Assembly: GCA_964016885.1 (NCBI GenBank)
Contig: OZ024744.1
Location: forward strand, 44,888,001-44,952,000
DNA from: Eledone cirrhosa
Taxonomy: Eukaryota
Length of the DNA: 64,000 nt
Reading direction: 5' to 3'
Below, piece by piece: positions 51,901-63,574 of this stretch. How positions within the stretch are numbered: the stretch's first letter is position 1; every line of letters starts with the position of its first letter. The notes under the pieces were generated by a model, which was not told the DNA's origin, searched no databases, and worked only from the letters and a program-made list of their open reading frames with translations. The position numbers and the translations under genes are program-made.

Positions 51901-52625
51901 CTACCTGGCTTTCAGCCATGGAGGCGGAGTATTGGGAAAGCTAATAACAACCACTAAGATACGGGAGGCAACATAACTGTCCGAGGGGTACGTCATTGTG
52001 TAAGCATAGTTTGCCCTAAGTGTTATACGCCTACATGCCAAGTCATGTCTGCTGACCTCTGTCAGACGTCTACTGCAAATGGCACGATTGCCAGTTCTGT
52101 GGGTACATTTTCAAGGTTGTATCACGTTATTTGTGTCGAACATCAAACACATTGAGATTATCAGCATCACTCTGATGGAGTGCGAAGTGGTATCAAAGAA
52201 TTCCACGTTAGCGTGCTATAGGGGACTAGTGATGGGTAAGTGAGACGATATTCTCGTAGAAATTTTGGGCCTCAACGAACTCGAATTAATTAGAACTTTT
52301 GAGTCGGAGTCTATGGACAATTACTAGAAATCCCTGGTTTGGAACACTACCAGGGAACTCTACCGTTTCGAAACATATTCCATAGGCATGGAAGTGCTGC
52401 TAGACGGACTTGTCCACGATGCGCGCTGAGCAATGAAGCCGTTCTGTACACACTCGCCCAGTGTCCGTGCATTAATGTTTTCTGCAGTTTTGTCGAACAG
52501 ATATGTTCTCATGTACAGGATCTGACTATCGGTCGATTCATCGTGAGGATCACCCCGCCGCCTTCTTCTGGCCTGGATGGACAGGAGGTTTCCCTGTGTA
52601 AGATGCCAATGGCAAAAAAGGTTTA
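48975..52625 (+). mobile_element. Tx1-like LINE copy 5, heavily decayed
   Basis: 5' UTR resembles copy 3; ORF1 remnant (IPWLVAAV, NWSGSGM); EN remnant DPEGKMVVL; C-terminal RHGSAARRTCPRC. Confidence 0.75.
49338..49640 (+). mobile_element. CRE-like RLE 3' fragment nested in Tx1 copy 5
   Basis: TCCDTL..AAHQAEESKLSRY..EPVAV..LFQRVS..RGN; homologous to the 45940-46270 fragment. Confidence 0.6.
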
Positions 52626-52674
52626 CTCAGTTTTTTCAAACACTTTTTGATTGGACTATTAGTTTTATTGTTTA

Positions 52675-53659
52675 CTAGCAGTAAAGCCCGGCGTTGCTTG
52701 GGGTCGCTCAGTAGCTGTGTTAAAGTTACAATGTTAAGTTTCTTTCTTGGCTTAAAAACTGTAGTGTCTACTGTGCAGACTTGCATGTGGTGTTTTTGAT
52801 TAATATTCCCTCAACCAACAATATGCCTTATGAAGTTAAGAAAACATAACGATAACCCGAATGTTATAACAAAAGAGGATGCTGGGGATAGAAACTGCAC
52901 TGGATATTTATTAACAAAGATCGAAAATGTAAACACTGCAACGCAGAGAAAAACTTTAGCGTAACCAAATTATCAGTTATGTCTGTCTGCACGCCTATAT
53001 CACCTCTCTGCACGACTGTCTGTCTGCACGCCTATATCACCTCTCTGCACGACTGTCTGTCTGCACGCCTATATCACCTCTCTGCACGACTGTCTGTCTG
53101 CACGCCTATATCACCTCTCTGCACGACTGTCTGTCTGCACGCGTATATCACCTCTCTGCACGACTGTCTGTCTGCACGACTGTCTGTTTGCACGCCTAAC
53201 GACGAAATATTTGCTTGTTTTACGTAGTCTTTAAATAGACTTGTTTTCAAGTAAAAATATTGTTTTAAAATGCTTTTAAATGGAAATGAAGCAAAACGGA
53301 AGCTTAGTGTTCGAACTGATGAATTTTGCAGGTCAATATTTTGCTGGCTCGACAACTGTTCGCGTATTGTGTTAATGTCATTTTAAACGCTGAGAAAGCC
53401 AGCGTAATTTTTTACGTAAGACGCTCAATGTAAACAGAACAAAGGGAAATAACTGATAACTTACGCTCAAAAATCGATACATTATATTCGATTTCGTCAC
53501 ATAGGGTGGGTCAATTTGAAATATTTTTTTTCCGATGTCTTCGCTAGGGCTCAATGTACAAGTATAGCAATTTCGGTGCAATTCCGTCAGAGATTCTAAA
53601 AGGAGATGTGTGCCAAAAATCGATAGACAGACAGACAACCACAGTTTTATATATATAGA
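52675..53659 (-). mobile_element. Non-autonomous Helitron
   Basis: On the minus strand it begins A|TCTATATATATAA and ends with an imperfect GC hairpin (CCCAAGCAACGCCGGG) then CTAG|T; no TSD. Confidence 0.8.
52980..53197. repeat. 37-bp minisatellite, about 5 copies, inside the Helitron
   Basis: Unit TGTCTGTCTGCACGCCTATATCACCTCTCTGCACGAC. Confidence 0.92.
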
Positions 53660-54286
53660 TTGTATATTTTAATATACTGTTTGTTGCTAAATCGACCAGA
53701 ATCTCAAGGAATTGATCAGCTTTTTTCCTTTTCCTGCCATACGAGATAGTAATGTATTTTTACTCTTTATGATGTATATATACTGTTTTAGTCAAAATGT
53801 AGAAAACAGCACTATGACTACAACACATGGAAAATTAAAATATTTGATACTACAAATTTTCAGAAGAATATGTCCTCTAGTAAAGATAGCATAAACATTT
53901 GAATTAACGGCTCTGTTGTGAGACATTTTGTACAAAATCATTTCAATGTTCTGAAAGTTAAAAGGGAATAGTTTGGGTTTTCTGGCAGTGGTGTTAAACC
54001 AGCCAATTAATTAGGATTAGGAGTGGTTCCTCCGTGAACATCCACAGTTTCTGTCTTCACAATTTCCCTCACAATATTAGGGTCGATTTGATGTTTTCGT
54101 AGAAGGTACTTCCTGACATTATTGCAATGTGAGATCAAACTAAAAACCATGTGAAAAAGGATCTAATAAGCATGTTGCAAGGTTTCTAATTAATCACTTT
54201 AATGTTTTTACTTTAACAATTGAAAAATATGGATATCAATTATACTTAATAAATAAATACATTTTCCATGACAATTTTTTATACAG

Positions 54287-54467
54287 GTTGGTATAGAACA
54301 TTTATGTTGAAATCATATAGTTTTGTTATCTTCGGATTTGCCTACAAAGCATTGGTACCTCGATATCACTATATTGCAAACGCCAGCTGTGTGGAGGAGA
54401 CATGTCCACATTTTTATCGAAGTTCTCTAATGGATTCTTGGGAGAAACTACCTATAGTAGAGATAAG
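54287..54467 (+). CDS. Candidate next exon of the PAN-domain gene, weakly C-type-lectin-like
   Basis: Acceptor ttttttatacag; phase matches the 48548 donor (G|GT); open frame with AYK...A.ASC...DSWEK; donor is weak. Confidence 0.35.
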
Positions 54468-54470
54468 GTT

Positions 54471-54503
<33 letters not shown>

Positions 54504-54633
54504 CTTTTCCATAACTTTGAGTAACAACACATCCTTTATCTCGTATATTTCCACTTTTCTTTCTTTACTTATTCTCATCTCTCTCTCTATATATATATAT
54601 AACAGCTAATAACACACACACATATATAAATAA

Positions 54634-54825
54634 ATAATTGTTTCTACTTTTGTCACAAGGCCACCAATTACCCAGAGTATTACTGGTACTTTATTTTATC
54701 GACCCCGTAAGGATGAAAGGCAAAGTTAACCTCGGCGGGATTTGAACTCAGAATGGCAAGGGCCGTAACTCTTTGCTGCAAAGCATGGCGTCCGACCCTC
54801 TACCGATACTACCAATCCACCGCCC
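54634..54825 (-). mobile_element. SINE copy
   Basis: Reverse complement of a full SINE, ending CCAATCCACCGCCC. Confidence 0.9.
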
Positions 54826-55076
54826 ATATATATATATATAATAGCTAGTAACATGTGCTTACATCGTATTTGACTATATAAGTTCGTCTGTTAGTTGGGA
54901 TTTAAAAAAACCCCTCTGAATGTGAAAAAGGATGAGCAGTGCCGTACATAGGACACGAACCCACACCCTTGGTCTACCTGACAAATGTTAACCAAGTGTT
55001 AACCATTTCACCCACACTTTAATCCACTCAATTAAAAACTATGATCATATATATATATATATATATATATATAATG

Positions 55077-55163
<87 letters not shown>

Positions 55164-55204
55164 ATATGTATGTATGTATGTATGTATGTGTGTGTGTATG
55201 TATG

Positions 55205-55480
55205 TCAGGTCACCAGTTGGTGCTACTGGTAACATGTATCCCAGTACAACCTGTCTCATGGTCGGGTCATTGGCGACTAAACTGGCAACCCCACCAAGGT
55301 TTCTTGGTGAGGAGGGTGACTTTGGACATCCTGCAGGACTAAAAACAAAACCTGTCAAAGGGCAAAGGACCTCTTAAGAGTCAATGGCCATCCAAAATCA
55401 CCGGGAGAGATGACCCCTTAGCCTTTGTCAAGGCAGAATTCTAGGAGAAGGAAAACTCTGATATAACACCTGCAACCCTG
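55205..55480 (+). mobile_element. Possible RTE-clade LINE 5' UTR remnant
   Basis: CTAGGAGAAGGAAAACTCTGA and GGCAACCCCACC motifs recalled from RTE 5' regions; no ORF support. Confidence 0.3.
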
Positions 55481-55954
55481 ATGGTATCCAGTGATGTTGA
55501 CTTGTTCTTCTTTTTGGTAAATATCATGTTGGTTAAGAGAGTGGGACTGGCTTTGTGCAGTGTTTTTGCTCACTATAAAAGCTTCACGGCACAGGCATTG
55601 CTTTATATCTGGAGATCTCTCTGCACTTGTCGTCACATGGTACCATGGGCCTAGCACTATGTGTCAATAATTGTCACAAGTGTAGTGTTTGTACCAGAGT
55701 TTTCAAGTCGCTGGCTGGACTAGAAAGTCACACTCGTTCAGCGCATCAGTAGGGGTTCTCCTACATGGATATGAAGTAGTGGCCGTACTCGAAAACTAGT
55801 TGGCCGCCACCATGTATGTATGTATGTATGTATGTATGTATGTATGTATGTGTGTGTGTATGTGTGTATGTGTGTATGTGTGTATGTGTGTGTATGTTTG
55901 TGTGTGTGTGTGTGTGTGTTTGTTTGTGTGTTTGTGTTTGTGTGTTTGTGTGTT

Positions 55955-56013
<59 letters not shown>

Positions 56014-56017
56014 ATAT

Positions 56018-57191
56018 ATGTATCTTTACCCTTTCTAGCAGTCTCTCTCTCTGTTAGCCTCTTCCTCACCCTTCACTCACTCTTTCTCTGTCACTACCTC
56101 TCCTCCCCTTTCTTCCCGTTTGACCTGTGTGTAATTCTTTTTCTCCCGCACGCTGACCAAGCTGGTATGAATTTTTTTTCTCTCTCGTCTGCGATTTCAC
56201 AGAACTTATGTTTACCGAATTCGCAGACTAGACCTCTTCTTCCTCCCGTTAGACCTGTGCGAAATTCCTTCCTTGCTCACATTTCAACCAGGTTTGATGG
56301 TCTTTATTCTCTCGTTCACGATTTCACCGAACTTAAATTCATAGAAATTTGGGACTTGTCTTTTCCTTCCTCACTTTCTGTTGCTTAACCATTTTGTTTG
56401 TTTACCCTCGCGTCCCCTTTATTTACGTATCCCAACGACTTTTTTTAGCCGTTGTTCGCACCAACCGGAGGTATATGGTCTTTAAAGCGATGAAATGCCT
56501 ATGATGGTTGGAAGATCACTGATGAAGGACAAACTTTTTCATATGTAACCCATTTGCAACGCCGCAGCTCCATTATTTTCATATATACACATATAATTTT
56601 TCCTCTGCTGCTACCCGTCTCTTTCGTTCTATGTATCTTTACCCTTTCTAGCAGTCTCTCTCTCTGTTAGCCTCCTCCTCACCCTTCACTCACTCTTTCT
56701 CTGTCACTACCTCTCCTCCCCTTTCTTCCCGTTTGACCTGTGTGCAATTCTTTTTCTCCCGCACGCTGGCCAAGCTGGTATGAATTTTTTTTCTCTCTCG
56801 TCTGCGATTTCACAGAACTTATGTTTACCGAATTCGCAGACAAAGACCTCTTCTTCCTCCCGTTAGACATGTGCGAAATTCCTTCCTTGCTCACATTTCA
56901 ACCAGGTTTGATGGTCTTTATTCTCTCGTTCACGATTTCACCGAACTTAAATTCATAGAAATCTGGGACTTGTCTTTTCCTTCCTCACTTTCTGTTGCTT
57001 AACCATTTTGTTTGTTTACCCTCGCGTCCCCTTTATTTACGTGTCCCAACGACTTTTTTTAGCCGTTGTTCGCACCAACCGGAGGTATATGGTCTTTAAA
57101 GCGATGAAATGCCTATGATGGTTGGAAGATCACTGATGAAGGACAAACTTTTTTCATATGTAACCCATTTGCAACGCCGCAGCTCCATTAT

Positions 57192-57203
<12 letters not shown>
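56018..57203. repeat. Near-identical tandem duplication, period 613 bp
   Basis: ATGTATCTTTACCCTTTCTAGCAG at 56018 and 56631; both copies end GCAGCTCCATTATTTTCATATAT. Confidence 0.92.
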
Positions 57204-57230
<27 letters not shown>

Positions 57231-57236
<6 letters not shown>

Positions 57237-60200
57237 TAAAAGGAAAAGAAAATGCTGACAAATTGTTCCCAGTGAAAAATAGTTTAATTAGGAATAAGTA
57301 AAAATTAGTAATAAGTATTGGTTAGTATTCAGTTATAGTTTTAACTTTTTACCGGTTGCGCATTTCTAATGCTTTTCAAAAATAATTTTGAGATAGAGCG
57401 CCCGTGATGTTTGCTCTAATCTGATTAGTTTTGGAAATTCTACCTGTTTTATGTCAAAAAAGTGGCTCCAGGGGTATTAAAATAAGTTTCGCGCCAATTC
57501 GTGTTGCAAAAATTCTTGTGGTCAAAACAATTTTGATTGGTCGGTAGAGGTCATGTGAATGTTAAAAATTGATTTTGCGCCAAATGTACGTTTGTCGAAG
57601 AGTGTCTTTTTTCGCCTGATTGAGAAGTCACTGAAAAATAAGTCTGTTAAGACAAATATGTGTGTGTGTGTGTGTGTAGTAAAGAGGTTCATTGTTGTGT
57701 AGGGTCAGTAGGGATGTGTGTGTGAATTGCGATCATGTTGAAAGGTCAACAGTTCAGGTGCCTATTAAGACAAATATCTGTGTGGGGGGGGGGGGGGCAG
57801 TATTTTTGTGATACTGGTAAAAATGGTGTACATTATTCGATATTTTCAGCAAAAACGATTCTCTCAAGAGAACATCAAAAACATTAATAATAAAAGGTGT
57901 GAAATGATATATAGTATTGTCATAATACCAAGGTGTGTGTGAGTGTCCAGATTGTACGTACTGCAAGGGGAATCCATTAGGCCCTGCCGTATTGGAATAC
58001 TTGTGTACAGATATGTATGTGCCCATCAGTGTGCAATGCATGTGTGCGTATATGTATGTGTGTGTGTCGGCACGTCTATATCTATAGACATCTAAAGGTA
58101 TGCAAATTTGTGTATATTTGTGTTGCACCATAGAACATGTGTGTTTACGTATGTCATTGTGTTTATATGTGGATAGAGATGTATGTAGGATGTATGCTGA
58201 TGTAGGTATGTATGCTGACGTGTGTATGTTGTGGGTTCGTCTTAGGGAGAAGTGTTTACACGGGGTCCGTATTTGTTAATAAAGTGAGGTTCCTTGATGA
58301 TGCGCTGGGTGTGGGTGGCATTATCTTTAAATTTCTAGAGGGGAAATACTCTAAAATTAGGATGATTTTGGGCGGCACAGGTATCAATGTGTTCACTCAG
58401 TGGTATTTTCCTGTATTCCCGTATTTTAATTTGGGATCTATGGACGGTCATGCGTTGGCGGAGGCTGATTTTGGTCTGGCCTATGTATTGTTCTCGACAA
58501 CCTGAGCAAGTTAATACATATATTAGATTTTCTGATGCGCATGTGAAATTGTGTTTTACTATAAAACGTTGTCCTTCTTTGAAATAGAATTTGAAATAGA
58601 ACCCTCTATTAGGTTGATGCATATGCCACAGTTGGGTCTATCGCATTTTTTGTACTGTGGGTTTCGTTGTTGTGGTTGGCAGTACTTTGGCATGTGTTAG
58701 GATGTTTTTCATTGATTTAGATTGTCTGTTGCTCTTTATGTGTGTTCGAAGGATTTGGTTCATTCTATGGTCTTTTTAACACAGGGATGTTCTGGAGGAT
58801 GGTGTCAAAGGCCTCATTGTTGAGGTGGTTGTGTGTGGAGATGTATGGAAGAGCTTTTAGTTTCGGTTGATTTACTTTAGGGTGTTTAAGGTCCTGGGTA
58901 CTGAATTTTAGGCCACGTTGGATTCCATTGTCAATTAGTGATGCAGGGTAGTCCCTGCCTATGAGTGTGTCCTTTAGTTCTTGTAGCCGTAAGAAACAGG
59001 TGTTTTTATTGGAGACTATAGTAGAGATTCTCTTGGCTAAGTTGTAGGGAATATTAATTTTAATGTGTCTAGGGTGGCAAGAGTTGAAAGGAAGATATTG
59101 CTTGGAGTCTGTGGGCTTGTAGTATATGTCTGTTTCTATTTTTTTGTTATGAATATTAATGCGGATGTCGAGGAAGGGGAGTTGTTGATGGCTGTATTCC
59201 ATCGTAAAATTAATATTCGTGTTGAGCCCATTTATAAGGGTGTGAAATTCTTTAAGTTTCTCGATGTTTTCGTGCCAAAGGATGAAGCAGTCATCTAGAT
59301 ATCGCTTCCAGTTCTTTTCTATGTGTAAGTGGAGAGTGTTTCCAAATTTGTTTAGTACTTTAGTGTAGAGGGTGATTTCCAGGTATCCCATGACTAGGTT
59401 GGCATAAGTGGGGGCTGTTTTCGTTCCCATAGCGGTCCCAGATTTCTGCCTGTAGGATTTGTTATTGAAAACGAAGTAATTGTTCTCCAAGATAAATTTG
59501 AGTCCCTCTATCACGAATTCTTTTTTGATGCGTTGTGGGAGTTGATTGTGGTAATTATCTAGCCAGAATTGGATAGCTTCTATTCCTAGGTTGTGGGGGA
59601 TGTTGGAGTATAGGTTGACTACATCGACCGTCACTAGTAGGGTTTGTTCAGAAAGGGGCATATTAGGGAGGTGATTGAGCATATCTAGGTTGTCCCTTAT
59701 ATAGCGTTTGATGTGTTTGAGAAAAGGCTTGAGAAGGGTATCAATGAAGTTGCTAAGGCGGTGGGTTTCGCAAGATGGGCCTGCTATTATAGGTCTTAAT
59801 TTGAGATCATTGGGTGAGGGGACATTGATGACTATGTCTGTGGCTTCCTTGCATGCCTTACTTATTAATTCGCTTTTATGTACTTTAGGGATACCGTAGA
59901 AAAGGCTGGATTTACTTGTGAAGTCTGTAATGAAGCTGAATTCCTTGTTAGTGAGTCCTTCTTTGTATTGGTCGATCAGAGTTTTTAGGTTTCTCATAAT
60001 TTTCTGTTGATTGTAGTGTTCAGCCTTTTCGTAGTATGTTTCGTTTTCCAAAGTGGAGAGCGCTAAGTTGATATAGAATTCTGTTTCCATTAGGACTACT
60101 GTACTTCCTTTATCAGCCTCTTTAATTGTAATGGTTCTGTCGGTTTTTAATCTATTTAATTCTTTCCATTCTTTCTTGTTGAGGTTTGGCTTGTGTTTTT

Positions 60201-62145
60201 GTCTGTGCAAGTGTTGGTAAGAGAAGTTTGCGATGTGTTCACAGAATTCGTCCAGGATATTATTTCTACCTTTTGATGGGATGTAGTTGCTTCTATTTCT
60301 GCCTAATGATTCATCCTCATTGTACTGGTCGAATAGTTCTTCACTGAGTCGTAACTTTCTACAGAAGTCTGTGATGTCTTCCTTCATTTCATAGTAGTTA
60401 GAAAGTAGTAGGGTCGGTGTGAATTTAAGACCTTTGGAGAGTAAGTTGATAAGGTTGGGTGTTGGTTCTGCACTGGTTAGATTGATAATTTTTATTACTC
60501 TCGGTTTCTCCTTGTCTTGTGTTATTTTGTTTGCCTGTATCTGTGTGCTGTGTCTAAAAATGGTTGGGGTAGAGGGGTTGTCTGCTGATGTTAAGTGGTC
60601 TCCTGTGTTTGTTATATTCCTTGTTGTTGTAAAATGTGGTTCGGGTTCGTGGTTGTAGATTGAATGGGGTGTTCCTGTATTGCGAGTATGGATGTGTGTT
60701 TCTATGTGCCATGTTGGATTTTGGTGTTATAGGTGGCCTATGTTGTTGGTTGTATCGTGTGGTGTGGGTTTGTTGTGTATTGTGGAAGCGAGAGTTGAGA
60801 ACATGGAAATTAACTTGCTGTCCCCTTGAAGTGGGGAAGTTGTTACATCTATCATGGTGGTGGTATCTTTTCCTTATGTTTGACGATGAGGCATCCGCGT
60901 AGTAGTTGAGTGATTTGGTATGGTGTCTCCTTGAAGGGGGAAAGTTGTAAATGTCATTCTGGGGGTGATTATTTCTAGGGTTTTTGTTCCTTCTTATGGA
61001 AGCGAGGTTGGGAAGTTCATCTTCGGTGTGGTGCTTCCTTCTTCTTTTGTTAGTGGCTGGAGGGTTTGCGAAGTTGTTGTGTGGTTCGGTTATGGGTTTT
61101 CCTATTTTTATGAACGGGTTATTGGAGATGTAATCCGTTTGAAAAATCGATTCATAGTTTAGGAACCAAGCGGCACTTTTTCCCAGCGTTGAAGGGATTT
61201 CAGTTCTTCGCTGTTGCAGTCCCTTTTCCATAATTTAGACATCTTCTCTACCTTGGGGCCTTCCGTCTTATTGTTGATTTCCAGGAGGATCTCTTTATCG
61301 ATGGTTTTAAGTTTTTCCTCATTTGGCTGGGCCCTCAATTTAAGAAGTTCAATTTCTGTCTTCATATTTTCCAATGCCATTCTTTCCCTAAGGTGTCTTT
61401 GAGGTTCGGATTCATTTGGAATGGACTTTATTTGTATTTTACGGGGGAGAGTTAGAGGGGTTGAGTTAAGCCATTTTTAATATATCTCCGCTTTGTTGTG
61501 ATTTTGTATCATCTTTCAGAATGAGAACTTTTTGTCTCTGAGGGATTTGTTCCATTTTGGAATTGTTCGAATTGTCATTTCGTATGAATCAATCTCACAT
61601 GGTTCTTCGTTGGTTTTTCCTGGGTTGGTAGTAGTGATCATAGTTTGGATAGTATCGCAAAGGTTTTGAAGTTTATCGCCAATTTCGGAGGGTTTGTATC
61701 CGGTGACGGTTTCCTCATTTGTGGAGTCAAGTTTGTCGAGCAGCACAGATAGGTTGGTGTTAATTTTCTTGAGTTCCTGTAGAATCTCTTCATTTGTGTT
61801 GATAAGAGTTGTATCTGTTTTTGTTGGCATTTTCTGTATCTCGTGTGAGGATATGATATTTAAAAGAATAGAGGTGTAACACACGAGTTGTGATATATTG
61901 GTAAAAGGAAAAGAAATTGCTGACAAATTGTTCCCAGTGAAAAATAGTTTAATTAGGAATAAGTAAAAATTAGTAATAAGTATTGGTTAGTATTCAGTTT
62001 TAGTTTTAAGTGTTTACCGGTTGCGCATTTCTAGTGCTTTTCAAAAATAATTTTGAGATAGAGCGCCCGTGATGTTTGCTCTAATCTGATTAGTTTGGGA
62101 AATTCTACCTGTTTTATGTGAAATAAGTGGCTCCAGAGGTATTAA
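57231..62145 (-). mobile_element. Penelope-like element (Neptune type) with ~250-bp direct pseudo-LTRs, flanked by (TA)n
   Basis: Direct repeats 57231-57480 and 61896-62145; RT (DVVNLYSNI, GTAMGTKTAP, RYLDDCF), Cys linker CDRPNCGIC, GIY-YIG (LIYVLTC..YIGQT..R). Confidence 0.92.
58213..61830 (-). pseudogene. Penelope RT + GIY-YIG endonuclease ORF, frameshifted
   Basis: 540-aa RT ORF 58765-60387, GIY-YIG ORF 58335-58622, and N-terminal fragments up to ~61830. Confidence 0.88.
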
Positions 62146-62247
62146 CATATATATATATATATGCAAAAGTTCTATTTAAATTGTTGGAATACAAGAAGCA
62201 AATATTTTTATAACTGATATAAAGCACTCGACAAGTATTTGGAGTAA

Positions 62248-62942
62248 ATATACGATATTAATAAATGGTAACTATATTTATAAAACCATATTTATTTCAT
62301 TATACATATTTCAAGGATACCATGTTAAATTATGGTATGCCTTCATCAGACAAAATACAATATATACCAGTTTTATAAATAAACATTGACGTAACCTTTC
62401 AAAATGCGACCGTTACTTTTGGAAGACATCAGGATAGTGGTTTGTTTATTTTAGTAAGTCGATGTGTTAAGGAGAAGGAAAAAGAGGGAGAGAGAGAGAA
62501 ACCGAGAGAGAAAAGTGGAGAAAAGAAAGGGAGAGATAAATAAAGAAAAAGAAGAAAGAAAAAAGAAAAAAAGAAAACAAAGAAAAAACAACAGAGAGAT
62601 ATCAAACCAAAGGCAGAGAGAACAAATCAAGGGAGAGAAATATAGAGATAGAGAGATCTTTATTTATCTCTCCCTTTCTTTTCTCCACTTTTATCTCTCT
62701 CGGTTTCTCTCTCTCCGTCTTTTACCTTCGACTTACTAAAATAAACAAACCACTATCCTGATGTCTTCCAAAAGTAACGGTCGCATTTTGAAAGGGTACG
62801 TCAATGTTTATTTATAAAACTGGTATATATCGTATTTTGTCTGATGAAGGCATACCATAATTTAACATGGTATCCTTGAAATATGTATAATGAAATAAAT
62901 ATGGTTTTATAAATATAGTTTCCATTTATTAATATCGTATAT
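62248..62942. repeat. Long palindrome 1 (arms ~62248-62546 and ~62657-62942)
   Basis: ATATACGATATTAATAAATGG...GTAAGTCGA versus TCGACTTACT...CCATTTATTAATATCGTATAT; inner purine and pyrimidine tracts are also complementary. Confidence 0.92.
62833..62897 (+). ncRNA. Minimal type I hammerhead ribozyme motif (mirror copy on - strand, 62293-62357)
   Basis: Stem I TATTTTGT/ATGAAATA, CTGATGA, stem II ATACCAT/ATGGTAT, GAAA, quasi-palindromic stem III ATATGTAT, cleavage triplet AUA. Confidence 0.68.
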
Positions 62943-62965
62943 ATATATATATATATAAAATAATT

Positions 62966-63384
62966 ATAATAAAATAACAGAAGGCTGGACTTGCGTAAAT
63001 CCTTGAAAGGTTTATTATAATATGATCATTTCAATGACCGGGTTCCGTATGAATCCGGTGATATCATCAGGTATTCGGAATTTAATAAATGAATGTAACA
63101 GATAAAATCCATGGGGCTGAAAATCATAGACCCGAGGACGACACCATCTAGCATCTGTAGCCGGTCGCCCTCAAGTGCCGGCTAAAGTTGAAGATGCTAG
63201 ATGGTCGGTCGTCCTCGGGTCTATGATTTTCAGCCCCATGGATTTCATCTGTTACATTCATTTATTATATTTCGAATACCTGATGATATCACCGGATTCA
63301 TACGGAACCCGGTCATTGAAATGATCATAGTATAATAAACCTTTCAAGGATTTACGCAAGTCCAGCCGCCTGTTATTTTATTAT
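62966..63384. repeat. Long palindrome 2 (arms ~200 bp, short spacer)
   Basis: ATAATAAAATAACAG...CCATCTAGCATCT versus AGATGCTAGATGG...CTGTTATTTTATTAT. Confidence 0.94.
63276..63333 (+). ncRNA. Minimal type I hammerhead ribozyme motif (mirror copy on - strand, 63017-63074)
   Basis: Stem I ATAC/GTAT, CTGATGA, stem II ACCGG/CCGGT with mismatches, GAAA, palindromic stem III ATGATCAT, triplet AUA. Confidence 0.65.
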
Positions 63385-63528
63385 GATATTTAACTCCGTA
63401 CTCGCACCACCAACTACACAAACGAAGACGGTTGAGCTGCTTTACGTTGAGTACTCTCCATATTATTACATCAAGATTGACCGTACGGAATGACCAGCTC
63501 TATCCAGTGGTGAACCTTCAAACCTAAA

Positions 63529-63574
<46 letters not shown>

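Noticed and set aside
52980-53197. 37-bp repeats of CRISPR-like length
   Set aside because: Head-to-tail with no unique spacers, no cas genes, eukaryotic context.
56485-56540. GAAA-TGCC-TA-TGAT...ATCA-CTGATGA permuted hammerhead-like motif in both 613-bp units
   Set aside because: Stem I forms but no stem II partner lies next to GAAA.
57231-62145. LTR retrotransposon reading of the 250-bp direct repeats
   Set aside because: No TG...CA ends, PBS, protease or integrase; RT plus GIY-YIG indicates a Penelope-like element.
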